A stretch of 23,871 nucleotides of DNA, from the UHGV virus genome UHGV-0138833, one strand, 5' to 3'. Positions within the stretch are counted from its first letter, which is position 1, and each line of letters opens with the position of its first letter. The notes beneath the pieces were generated by a model. It had not been told where the DNA came from. It ran no database searches and saw only the letters and a program-made list of their open reading frames with translations. Below are positions 7,166-15,491 of the stretch, in pieces. This stretch comes from a virus. The translations under genes were made by a program, and so were the position numbers.

Positions 7166-7822
7166 TCAGAAAATATCCCACCTGGCATCAACCACAACAC
7201 CTACTATTTCGCAATCATTGTCCATTTCTATGATTGGATATTGTGGATTAAGGGGCTTTAGAAACGCCTTTCCCATGTCAGAAATATATTTTTTGAATGT
7301 TGCTTCATTGGTCGATTTTTTTCTGGCGATGACGTAACACCCTGAAAAAACTTCTTTATCTGGGTTGACAAGGATCGACATTCCTTCAGGAAATGTTATT
7401 CCTACGGGCGAAGTCATTGAGTCTCCGTGCACTTCCAGCCAGAACCCCCTCTCACCAGCGTATTTTACAGAATGCCTCCAATTATCCTGATCATACATGT
7501 TGTAGTCATCACCAGAAGTTGCGAATAATCCTGCCTGAACCCAGTTAATTACAGGGTAAGAGTGTGCTGTGTCTCTCTGTGGGCAGCTCTTAACATTATT
7601 TTCCCAATGCTTATCTTTTTCATCTCCGTTCTGAAGCCACTGCGGTGAACACCGCAGTGCAGCTGCAACTTTAAAAAGGGTGTCACCGTTGAAACTTTTT
7701 GTAAGGCCTTGCTCGGCTTTACTGATTGCAACTCTGGTGATCCCAGCTTTTTTAGCCAACGCATCTTGTGTTAACCCAGCTTTTTGCCGTGCGTTGATGA
7801 GACGTTCACCTAAAGACTTCAT
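7166..7822 (-). CDS. CI-type prophage repressor: N-terminal HTH plus C-terminal S24 (LexA-like) autopeptidase
   Basis: Start taken at MKSLGERLINARQ (ATG 7822) with GAGAGGAGAAGAAAA RBS. HTH QKAGLTQDALAKKAGITRVAISKAEQG; Ala-Gly candidate cleavage site (VQAGLF); GDSM serine motif and downstream Lys (ARKK). Confidence 0.8.
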   Translation of the reverse strand: MKSLGERLINARQKAGLTQDALAKKAGITRVAISKAEQGLTKSFNGDTLFKVAAALRCSPQWLQNGDEKDKHWENNVKSCPQRDTAHSYPVINWVQAGLFATSGDDYNMYDQDNWRHSVKYAGERGFWLEVHGDSMTSPVGITFPEGMSILVNPDKEVFSGCYVIARKKSTNEATFKKYISDMGKAFLKPLNPQYPIIEMDNDCEIVGVVVDARWDIF

Positions 7823-7842
7823 TTTTCTTCTCCTCTCATGGC

Positions 7843-7920
7843 TGTTGATACTAAAGTAACAGAATTTCTTGATACTTTGGATTCCCGTGGTTAACATCGT
7901 TGGATAACAAAGTATCTGGT
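7843..7920. promoter_or_regulatory. Right operator cluster (OR-like): three TTGATAC-type cores
   Basis: GTTGATACTAAAG (7844-7856), CTTGATACTTTGG (7869-7881) and inverted CCAGATACTTTGT (minus strand, 7907-7919). Lies between the repressor start and the rightward genes. Confidence 0.5.
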
Positions 7921-7933
7921 GTGAGACTAAAGA

Positions 7934-8161
7934 ATGACCCTTTATGAAATATTAAAAATTCAATTTAAAACCAATGCCGCTATTGGTCGCAGGTTCCCAA
8001 AGAAAGGAAGGCCTCGTGGCAGTCAAGGTGTTGGAAAGTGGAAAACGCGAGGTGTTCCGGAGGATGTTGCCATTCTTTGTCATCTGGATCCGAGCATTCC
8101 ATATACACACCCAAGTCTAGCGAATACAGAAGATGACAAGCCCACAGGAGACCAACAATGA
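7934..8161 (+). CDS. Hypothetical small basic protein (75 aa) in the Cro position; no recognisable HTH
   Basis: First rightward ORF. Stop overlaps the next start (ATGA). Contains KKGRPRG, an AT-hook-like motif. Weak RBS, odd composition. Confidence 0.3.
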   Translation: MTLYEILKIQFKTNAAIGRRFPKKGRPRGSQGVGKWKTRGVPEDVAILCHLDPSIPYTHPSLANTEDDKPTGDQQ

Positions 8162-8865
8162 ACACCGCAATTTTTAACGGCAAAGCATCCATGACCAGCG
8201 TTGAGATCGCAGAGCTGGTGGGTAAACGTCATGACAATGTGAAACGCACTATTGAAACATTAGCCAAAGGTGGCGTTGTCCGGTCTCCTCAAATTGAGGT
8301 TTCCGAAAGAATCAATAACTTAGGTTTTAAAGTTCAATATGAGCATTACCTGTTTGAAGGAGAACAAGGTAAGCGCGACAGCATCATTGTCGTCGCACAG
8401 CTCTGTCCTGAATTCACTGCTCGCCTGGTAGATCGCTGGCGCGAACTGGAAGAACAGATCCGTAAGCCAATGAGCGAAATCGAAATGGTTGCCGCGATGG
8501 CTCTTGAAGCCGTTCGCCAACAGAAACGGATCACTCAGGTGGAAGAAAAAGTCAGCCACGTTGCTGAAACAGTCGAGCAAATTAAAAAGGGCACTATTCG
8601 TGAGGGCTATGCCGGATATCGCCAACTGAAAGCAAAAACCGGTTTGTCAGATGATAAATGCCGCAATCTGGTGAACGCCTATCAGATTCCTACAGACACC
8701 CATGAGTTCATGACGCCGGACGGATTGTTGTCACGTCGCGCAATTGTTGCTGTGGAACCGTTTATGGCTGCTTTTTATCGGGTTATGGAGGAAGCAGAAC
8801 CGCGAGGGACTCGCTGGTATCACCCGAAAATGGGGTTATTTCAGGTTATTGGTTGGCAGCGGTGA
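8158..8865 (+). CDS. Rha-family phage regulatory protein / antirepressor-like (235 aa)
   Basis: Strong AGGAGA RBS. N-terminal SVEIAELVGKRHDNVKRTIETL pattern typical of Rha-type regulators (recollection of family signature). Confidence 0.55.
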   Translation: MNTAIFNGKASMTSVEIAELVGKRHDNVKRTIETLAKGGVVRSPQIEVSERINNLGFKVQYEHYLFEGEQGKRDSIIVVAQLCPEFTARLVDRWRELEEQIRKPMSEIEMVAAMALEAVRQQKRITQVEEKVSHVAETVEQIKKGTIREGYAGYRQLKAKTGLSDDKCRNLVNAYQIPTDTHEFMTPDGLLSRRAIVAVEPFMAAFYRVMEEAEPRGTRWYHPKMGLFQVIGWQR

Positions 8866-8889
8866 AAAAAAGCCGGGAGTAACCCGGCT
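8864..8889 (-). terminator. Hairpin with a U-tract only in the minus orientation (antisense-blocking terminator candidate)
   Basis: AAAAAAA then AGCCGGG-AGTAA-CCCGGCT. On the minus strand this reads hairpin followed by TTTTTTT. No leftward gene ends here. Confidence 0.4.
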
Positions 8890-9087
8890 CACTCAACATC
8901 AATAACGGGGAGCTGTTTCGCATAAAACGGCTCCGAAACATCCAAGAACAGTTCTAAAGATATCAGCAGCTATATGATCATTTCAAGACCAAATATTGAT
9001 TCTGCAATTTCGGGACGTTACACTGTCTCTGCACCTTATAAAGCGGGTGCCGGGGGTCGCAGCCCGGAATTGTCAACGGCGATATAT

Positions 9088-9108
9088 GACGCGCCAGCGT
9101 CTTTTTTA
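9088..9108 (+). terminator. Short intrinsic terminator candidate in the leader of the second Rha gene (tR1-like position)
   Basis: Stem GACGC / GCGTC, loop GCCA, followed by TTTTTTA. Confidence 0.35.
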
Positions 9109-9273
9109 TCGTCCGCGCTCACGCACGCCAGAATTATGGTGGGCTGGGCAGGGGAGCCGAAAGGCTCGCCGGTCTCCGTTGACGCCGGTACTGCGAACCC
9201 TGTTCAGTCTGCCACCAGTGAGTTTCGCAGCTCCGGTGGTGGAAGTTTTCCACAGTCAACGGAGGCTGCCATC

Positions 9274-9825
9274 ATGGCTACGATCCCAACCCTCACTCAA
9301 CCTGAAATTGCCATCGTTGATGGTCAGGCTGTTACTTCATCCCTGGCTGTTGCCAACTTCTTCTCCAAGCGTCATGACGATGTACTGAAAAAGATCCGCA
9401 CGCTTGAATGCTCCGCATCATTCACTGCCCGCAATTTTTCGGTGAGTGATTACACCGATTGCACAGGCCGCAAACTACCTTGCTATCAAATCACCCGTGA
9501 TGGCTTCGCGTTCCTTGCTATGGGCTTTACTGGCAAACGTGCAGCCCGGTTCAAAGAGGCATACATCAACGCCTTTAACCTGATGGAGAAGAGTTTATCA
9601 GGTGCCGATGCGTCTGATATGTCAGCTGTCGCACGAAACGCCAGAGGCGTATACCTGCATTTGCGTGAAATCCATCAAATCTGGACAAGCCAGCTTTATC
9701 CAATGCTTAAGGCCGTTGAATCTCCGCTGGCTAGCAAACTGTACGACCGTGTTGGTGATGCTGTTTTTGGCGCTGCACTTGTTGGTTCCAGGCTGAATGG
9801 TTCTGACAAGGAGGTTCGCCCATGA
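9274..9825 (+). CDS. Rha-family phage regulatory protein (about 183 aa)
   Basis: Start taken at MATIPTL (ATG 9274) with GGAGG RBS at 9261-9265. Segment FSKRHDDVLKKIRTL...ARNFSVSDY...YQITRDGFAFLAMGFTGKRAARFKEAYINAFNLME matches the Rha pattern. Confidence 0.65.
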   Translation: MATIPTLTQPEIAIVDGQAVTSSLAVANFFSKRHDDVLKKIRTLECSASFTARNFSVSDYTDCTGRKLPCYQITRDGFAFLAMGFTGKRAARFKEAYINAFNLMEKSLSGADASDMSAVARNARGVYLHLREIHQIWTSQLYPMLKAVESPLASKLYDRVGDAVFGAALVGSRLNGSDKEVRP

Positions 9826-10016
9826 TTAGTTACGAAATCATCATCTCCACTACGGAATACAGAAACGATGTATCAGTTCGCACGGATGTATCTGTCTGGC
9901 ACCGTCGCTATAAATCCAGAAAAACAGCGGAACTGAAAGCGGCAGAGATGTGTGAAACCATCTCAATGAAAGGTAGCCCGGTTAAATACGTAACTACGGT
10001 GGAGGTGCGTCCATGA
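9822..10016 (+). CDS. Hypothetical small phage protein (64 aa)
   Basis: Start overlaps the upstream stop (ATGA), indicating translational coupling. Confidence 0.5.
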   Translation: MISYEIIISTTEYRNDVSVRTDVSVWHRRYKSRKTAELKAAEMCETISMKGSPVKYVTTVEVRP

Positions 10017-10237
10017 TCCGCCACATCGTTAATTCCCTGTATCACCGATACAACCGTTGCCCCCGTGTGGGGCAGTGGTTCGCCACCAGCAACGGTCACG
10101 TTCTGCGGGTTTGCCTAGTCAACGCTGAAAGCCAGAAAGTCGTGTGCGAACTACAGGGGCGTAGCTACACCATCAGTTACCCTCTGGCGGTATTTCTGTC
10201 TGGAAAAATGTTTAAGCGTCTGGGAGGTGTGGCGTGA
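10013..10237 (+). CDS. Hypothetical small phage protein (74 aa)
   Basis: Translationally coupled to neighbours by ATGA/GTGA overlaps. Confidence 0.5.
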   Translation: MIRHIVNSLYHRYNRCPRVGQWFATSNGHVLRVCLVNAESQKVVCELQGRSYTISYPLAVFLSGKMFKRLGGVA

Positions 10238-10533
10238 ACTGTTTTCAGTTTGTGTGCGGATGTGCTTTCGATAACCCGATTCAGCGCCTAATTATGTTGC
10301 GTGTTTTGATGTCGGGTTCTTCAGACGGTGAAGGCGAGAGAGTTATTGATCATCAGGTGCTTGCTGATTTCTGCTGTTGTTCTAAGCAAGCGATATTCAG
10401 GGAAACCCTGGCACTGGAAAGAGCTGGTTATCTTCATATCCGAAAAATTGCAACGCTTACTATTGATGCAAAAGCCAGACTACAACCTGCGCGTGGCTAC
10501 ACAATTCTCATGCCGCGGAAGGAGGTTGTATGA
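10234..10533 (+). CDS. Hypothetical small phage protein (99 aa), possible winged helix
   Basis: Coupled ORF; segment AIFRETLALERAGYLHI is HTH-like. Confidence 0.45.
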   Translation: MNCFQFVCGCAFDNPIQRLIMLRVLMSGSSDGEGERVIDHQVLADFCCCSKQAIFRETLALERAGYLHIRKIATLTIDAKARLQPARGYTILMPRKEVV

Positions 10534-11516
10534 GCCGTTACGCCCCCACACCGGAAGTTATGGCTATTGGTCAAATTAATATTTCCGGCAATGTTACACC
10601 TGCGAACTGGTGGAAATATATTCGACTACCCAGTGGGCGTCCGGATGCGACGGCTATCGCTCTGCTTTCAGAGATCGTTTACTGGTACCGCCCGACAGAG
10701 ATCAGGGATGAGCACACCGGAGCGTTGCTGGGATATCGCAAGCGTTTTCAGGGCGACAAACTGCAAAGAAGCTACCAGGCGTTTGCTGAGCAGTTTGGTT
10801 TCGGGAAAAGGGAAACCGCAGATGCGCTGAAGCGTCTGCGCGATGCAGGGTTTATTACTCTGGATTTACGCACGGTGGAAATGCTCGATGGGGTGAAATG
10901 CAGCAATATTTTGTTTGTCGGGATCAACCCACAGGCAATTGCGGCCATCACCACACCTTCTTCTGTTTCGCCAGAAAGTAACAGCAATAATGCAATCAGC
11001 GATACAGCTATTACGTTAAAACGGAACACCCCCCGACGTCATAACGGAACAGGGGATACGCCGAATGTTGATACAAATACAGAGATTACTACAGAGATTA
11101 CAACGGAGACTAAAAACACTATTGATGCATCCGCTGACGCGTCTGCGCGTTCTGCCCGACAGGAATATTCACCGGAATTTGAACAGGCCTGGCAGGAATA
11201 TCCCAAACGTGCTGGTGGCAATTCCAAGTCAGCGGCCTTCAAAGCCTGGAAAGCCCGTATCAGGGAGGGAATAAAACCGGAGACCATGCTTGATGGCGTG
11301 AAGCGGTATGCCGCCTGGGTACGTGCTACAGGAAATACCGGCACACAGTTCGTGAAGCAGGCTGCGACGTTCTTTGGACCCGATCGTCACTTCGAAGATT
11401 ACTGGCAACAGCCAGCCGCTCACGGAGGTGGGCGACAGCGACAGGTCGATGTCCTGGCTGGCCTGGGAGCCATGTCTGACAAATTCGGTAAATCCAGTAA
11501 CAAATTGACATTCTGA
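10530..11516 (+). CDS. Putative replication initiation protein (O-like position, 328 aa)
   Basis: AGGAGG RBS. Sits directly upstream of the DnaC-like and DnaB-like genes. Central low-complexity linker TEITTEITTETK encoded by 12-bp tandem repeats. Confidence 0.5.
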   Translation: MSRYAPTPEVMAIGQINISGNVTPANWWKYIRLPSGRPDATAIALLSEIVYWYRPTEIRDEHTGALLGYRKRFQGDKLQRSYQAFAEQFGFGKRETADALKRLRDAGFITLDLRTVEMLDGVKCSNILFVGINPQAIAAITTPSSVSPESNSNNAISDTAITLKRNTPRRHNGTGDTPNVDTNTEITTEITTETKNTIDASADASARSARQEYSPEFEQAWQEYPKRAGGNSKSAAFKAWKARIREGIKPETMLDGVKRYAAWVRATGNTGTQFVKQAATFFGPDRHFEDYWQQPAAHGGGRQRQVDVLAGLGAMSDKFGKSSNKLTF

Positions 11517-11526
11517 GGTGACAGCG

Positions 11527-12426
11527 ATGATGACGATTGACCAACGTGAGAAACAAACAAGACTACAGGCGCGAATGGATGAGTTACGGGCAGAAATGGA
11601 TGAGTTACGGGCAGAGATTGCATTTGCTCAGAAGGGCGAAAAGCCATGGCCTTATCGTTCCTGCCTGATGCGTGAAGGTCGCGGATATTGCGAAAAACAC
11701 GGTAAATATCGTACGCATATACTGGTGTGGATCGATCGTAATGGCGAGGACAGAGAAAAAATTTCATGCTGCCCTGACTGCTTGATCGCTGAGGCCAGTG
11801 ATTTGACCATGGAACTGTCGTCCCTCAAGGCGGAAGAACTGACTGATAACGCCGGAATTGCTCTGCGTTTTCGGGACTGCGAGTTTGATAATTATCTGGA
11901 GGTTAATCCTGACGCAGCCAGAAATCTTGCGGCCTGTCGCCGCTATGCGGAGAACTGGCCAGATATGCTGGAGAACGGTACCAGTCTTGTTATGACCGGC
12001 AGTTGCGGTACCGGGAAAAATCATCTGGCGGTATCAATGGCAAAACACATCATCCGTAACTATCTGGCCAGTGTGGAGATCACCGACGTGATGCGCCTTA
12101 CCCGGGCTGTGAAAAACTGCTGGCGGAATGACAGTGAAAAAACAGCGGATGACGTCATTGAGCATTATGCGTCACTGGATTTGCTGATTGTCGACGAAGT
12201 CGGCGTTCAGTTTGGCAGTGCGGCTGAAATGGCCATTTTGCAGGAAATTATCAATGCCCGGTATGAGGGTATTTTGCCAACTATCTTGATCAGCAATCTT
12301 TCACCGGAAGAATTGTGGGCGTTCATCAGTCCCCGGATTGCCGACAGGATCACCGATGGCGGGCGCAACTGGTTGTCGTTTAACTGGCCCAGCTACCGTT
12401 CTCGTATCGGAGGTGTTGCCGCATGA
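11527..12426 (+). CDS. DnaC-like helicase loader / IstB-type AAA+ ATPase (about 299 aa)
   Basis: Walker A GSCGTGKNHLA and Walker B LLIVDEVG. Start ATG 11527 after GAGGTGA. Contains a perfect 21-bp tandem duplication (RAEMDELRAEMDEL). Confidence 0.75.
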   Translation: MMTIDQREKQTRLQARMDELRAEMDELRAEIAFAQKGEKPWPYRSCLMREGRGYCEKHGKYRTHILVWIDRNGEDREKISCCPDCLIAEASDLTMELSSLKAEELTDNAGIALRFRDCEFDNYLEVNPDAARNLAACRRYAENWPDMLENGTSLVMTGSCGTGKNHLAVSMAKHIIRNYLASVEITDVMRLTRAVKNCWRNDSEKTADDVIEHYASLDLLIVDEVGVQFGSAAEMAILQEIINARYEGILPTILISNLSPEELWAFISPRIADRITDGGRNWLSFNWPSYRSRIGGVAA

Positions 12427-13823
12427 CCAGCCAGAACACCCCGGCATGGCGTAACGATGACCTGGAAGGCGCTGTCATCGGTGCGTTTTTTCTGCGTGGG
12501 GCCGATCCGGAAGTGATGGATATTCTGGCCACACTTCCGGCGGATGTATTTTTTGTGCGTCAGTACCGGGATATTTACGCGGGGATTTGCAGACAGGCTC
12601 GCATATCCGGCGTCATTGACCCCGTACTGCTGTGCAATGAGATGCCGGAACTTGCCCCGGTGATTACCGACACCGGACGCAAAACCTGGGTGAAGTCTTC
12701 ACTGGAGCACTATGTCGCAGCGTTGCGGCGCAATGCCGCACTGCGCGATGCAGAAAAAACACTGACTGAAGCATTACAGAATTTACGTGATGCGTATACC
12801 TGTGAAGCAGCCGAGGATGCCCTGAAGGATGTGCAGAACATGATGGCCTCACTGTCGACCGGAAAGGGCGTCATTCAGCCGGTTCACATTGATGATGTCC
12901 TTCCGGAAGTGGTCGACCGTGTTGAATGCCGCAATCAGGGACTGGAGAAATCCAGGGCGCTGATGACCGGTATTGATGAACTGGACGCAAAAACGGGCGG
13001 TATGGAGCCCGGAGACCTGGTATTCATTGCCGCCCGTCCTTCGATGGGGAAAACCGAACTTGCGCTGGACATCATCGACAAGGTGACTGAGCAGGGGCAT
13101 GGCGTGCTTCTGTTCACCATGGAGATGGCGAACATCCAGATTGGTGAACGTATGGTGTCTGCTGCCGGTGGAATGCCGGTATCCCGTCTTAAGTCTGTTG
13201 CCCGTTTTGAAGATGAAGACTGGGCGCGTTTCTCGCAGGGCGTGGGACGAATGACGGGGCGTAATATCTGGATGGTGGACCAGGCAAACCTGACCATTGA
13301 TGAGATATGTGCAACCACGAAGCACCACCGGATGAAACACCCGGAAACGGCGCTGGTGGTGGTCGATTACCTCGGCCTGATTAAAACCCGCAGCACGGGG
13401 CGTCACGACCTTGCGGTGGGGGAAATCTCAAAGGGACTTAAAAGCCTGGCAAAATCCGGCGGTTTTCCGCTGATTGCTCTGAGCCAGCTCTCCCGCGGCG
13501 TGGAATCCAGACCCAATAAACGCCCAATGAACTCGGACCTGAAAAACTCCGGGGAAATCGAGGCGGATGCCGACATCATTCTGATGCTTTACAGGGATGA
13601 GGTATACAACCCGGAAACTCAGGCCAGAGGCATAGCAGAAATCAACATCACGAAACAGCGTAATGGCACGCTCGGGACCATTTACCGGCGTTTTCATAAC
13701 GGACATTTTCTGCCTGTGGACCAGGAGAGTGCCCGGGTTCTTTCCACACCCATGACGCCGGGCAATCCGCGCAGATACAGCAATAACCGCATGTCGGGCA
13801 GTAAAACGGAGCGTTTATTTTGA
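12423..13823 (+). CDS. DnaB-family replicative helicase (466 aa)
   Basis: Walker A ARPSMGKTELALDI, Walker B LVVVDYLGLI, ALSQLSR motif. Start overlaps the loader stop (ATGA). Confidence 0.8.
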   Translation: MTSQNTPAWRNDDLEGAVIGAFFLRGADPEVMDILATLPADVFFVRQYRDIYAGICRQARISGVIDPVLLCNEMPELAPVITDTGRKTWVKSSLEHYVAALRRNAALRDAEKTLTEALQNLRDAYTCEAAEDALKDVQNMMASLSTGKGVIQPVHIDDVLPEVVDRVECRNQGLEKSRALMTGIDELDAKTGGMEPGDLVFIAARPSMGKTELALDIIDKVTEQGHGVLLFTMEMANIQIGERMVSAAGGMPVSRLKSVARFEDEDWARFSQGVGRMTGRNIWMVDQANLTIDEICATTKHHRMKHPETALVVVDYLGLIKTRSTGRHDLAVGEISKGLKSLAKSGGFPLIALSQLSRGVESRPNKRPMNSDLKNSGEIEADADIILMLYRDEVYNPETQARGIAEINITKQRNGTLGTIYRRFHNGHFLPVDQESARVLSTPMTPGNPRRYSNNRMSGSKTERLF

Positions 13824-14077
13824 ACAACAGAACAATCACTGTTTCACCGGAACAACTTCGTCGGCAGGCGCAGGAGATGCTTCGTTGTGCTGAACAGATG
13901 AAAAAAACGAGCGTGAAAAAAGATACGCTCCGCAAGCAGCTTACTCCGGCGCTTCGTGATCTGCTGCAGGCAAAACACCGCACACAAAAGGCGGTGGATG
14001 AGCTGGTGGATTGCGTGGCGGAACTGGAAGGACAGGTAAGCCAGTTTGAAACGCTGGTGAAGGAGTTTACTGCGTGA
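13820..14077 (+). CDS. Hypothetical small coiled-coil protein (85 aa, probable TTG start)
   Basis: ORF coupled to the helicase stop; charged helical sequence. Confidence 0.4.
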   Translation: MNNRTITVSPEQLRRQAQEMLRCAEQMKKTSVKKDTLRKQLTPALRDLLQAKHRTQKAVDELVDCVAELEGQVSQFETLVKEFTA

Positions 14078-14123
14078 TGGCTGAATTTTTTTCTCCTGTG
14101 TTCATGCAATACCGTTCGCTGAG

Positions 14124-15119
14124 GTGACCGTGAGAGCACTGCTGACCCCTGAAATTGCCCCGCGTATGGGGATTGTATTGTTCAGGCCCGGTTCAGAGCT
14201 GATGCCCCTGTTTATGCAGGGGCGTGTCCTGCTGGAGCCTGAGCCGGAACGTTATTCATCTTTCGCCAGCGGTGCCGTTCCGGCAGCATCACAACCGCTG
14301 GCGGATGATCCTGCCGTTCGGGCCGTGTTCCGCCATGAGGCGGTGATCCGTCGTGCTGGTGGCGTGGAATGCCTTGAGAGCTGGTTACTTCGTGAAAAAG
14401 GCTGTCAGTGGCCTCATTCCGACTGGCACAGCGAGAACATGACCACAATGCGGCACGCGCCAGGCGCAATCCGTCTGTGCTGGCACTGTGACAATCTTCT
14501 CCGTGACCAGTTCACGGAACGGCTGGAAGCAATGGCAACGGATAACTGTGCCCGCTGGGTGTTGTCTGTTGTGCGCCGTGATCTTGGTTTTGATGACAGT
14601 CACGTTGTGACAATGCCGGAACTGTGCTGGTGGCTGATTCGTAATGACCTGGCGGATGCCTTACCGGAAAGTGCAGCCCGTAAGGCACTGAGATTACCGA
14701 AGCCTGTTGTGCCGTCTGTCACCCGGGAAAGTGACCTTGTGCCTTCGGTTACTGCCACCAGCATCATCCAGGATAAGGCGAAAAAGGTGCTGGCGCTGAA
14801 AGTGGATCCGGAGTCGCCGGAGTCTTTTATGTTACGCCCAAAACGTCGTCGCTGGGTTAATGAAAAGTACACGCGCTGGGTTAAGACGCAGCCGTGTGCA
14901 TGTTGTGGTAAGCCAGCCGACGATCCCCATCACCTGATTGGTCATGGTCAGGGCGGAATGGGGACAAAATCTCACGATATTTTCACGCTACCGCTGTGTC
15001 GGGAGCATCACAACGAGCTTCATGCGGATCCTCTGGCGTTCGAAGAAAAGCATGGTTCTCAGGTTGATTTAATTTTTCGTTTTCTTGATCACGCCTTTGC
15101 AACTGGCGTGCTTGGGTAA
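14124..15119 (+). CDS. DUF968-type protein with C-terminal HNH-like Cys/His cluster (about 331 aa)
   Basis: C-terminal CACCGKPADDPHHLIGHGQGG...LCREHHNELHA. GTG start at 14124 or 14130. Family name is from recollection of E. coli prophage proteins, not searched. Confidence 0.55.
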   Translation: MTVRALLTPEIAPRMGIVLFRPGSELMPLFMQGRVLLEPEPERYSSFASGAVPAASQPLADDPAVRAVFRHEAVIRRAGGVECLESWLLREKGCQWPHSDWHSENMTTMRHAPGAIRLCWHCDNLLRDQFTERLEAMATDNCARWVLSVVRRDLGFDDSHVVTMPELCWWLIRNDLADALPESAARKALRLPKPVVPSVTRESDLVPSVTATSIIQDKAKKVLALKVDPESPESFMLRPKRRRWVNEKYTRWVKTQPCACCGKPADDPHHLIGHGQGGMGTKSHDIFTLPLCREHHNELHADPLAFEEKHGSQVDLIFRFLDHAFATGVLG

Positions 15120-15131
15120 AAGAGGTGACTG

Positions 15132-15491
15132 ATGCTCATAGATTTGGTTTTACCTTACCCGCCGACGGTGAACACTTACTGGCGACGCCGTGGCAGCACA
15201 TATTTTGTATCAAAAGCCGGGGAGCGTTATCGCCGGGCAGTGGCGCTTATTGTTCGCCAGCAGCGGCTGAAATTAAGCCTGTCCGGAAGGCTGGCGATAA
15301 AGGTGATTGCAGAGCCACCGGATAAGCGCCGTCGTGACCTGGACAATATTCTGAAAGCACCACTGGATGCACTGACACATGCGGGGTTGCTTATCGACGA
15401 CGAGCAGTTTGATGAAATCAATATTGTGCGCGGACTGCCTGTTCCTGGTGGTCGGTTGGGGATAAAAATCACAGAGCTGGAGTGCGCATGA
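15132..15491 (+). CDS. rusA: RusA-family Holliday junction resolvase (119 aa)
   Basis: Close resemblance to E. coli RusA as recalled: LPYPPTVNTYWRRRG..., DKRRRDLDNILKAPLDALTHAGLLIDDEQ, GGRLGIKITELE. Confidence 0.8.
   Translation: MLIDLVLPYPPTVNTYWRRRGSTYFVSKAGERYRRAVALIVRQQRLKLSLSGRLAIKVIAEPPDKRRRDLDNILKAPLDALTHAGLLIDDEQFDEINIVRGLPVPGGRLGIKITELECA

Noticed and set aside
9154-9167. GAGCC-GAAA-GGCTC hairpin as a lambda-type nut boxB site
   Set aside because: No N-like arginine-rich protein and no adjacent boxA (CGCTCTTA-like) sequence was found, so a nut assignment is unsupported. Kept only as part of the structured leader.
8974-9273. N-terminal 100 codons of the track ORF 8974-9825
   Set aside because: Low-complexity, non-protein-like translation (runs of S/G/A/P) with no RBS at 8974, whereas a GGAGG RBS and the conserved Rha domain begin at ATG 9274. 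Treated as untranslated leader.
8996-9388. Alternative-frame ORF 8996-9388 across the Rha leader and start
   Set aside because: Overlaps the conserved Rha coding frame; its translation is Arg/Pro/Ser-rich and non-protein-like.
10772-12024. Minus-strand and alternative-frame ORFs inside the initiator and DnaC-like genes (10772-11029, 11039-11344, 11229-11423, 11326-11556, 11420-11767, 11764-12024, 11065-11274)
   Set aside because: They overlap genes supported by Walker motifs or operon context, and their translations look like frame artefacts.
12664-14139. Minus-strand ORFs antisense to the DnaB-like helicase and the following small gene (12664-12852, 12849-13406, 12935-13318, 13428-13706, 13648-14139)
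   Set aside because: Antisense shadows within a motif-confirmed helicase gene; translations are Arg/His/Ser-rich and low-complexity.
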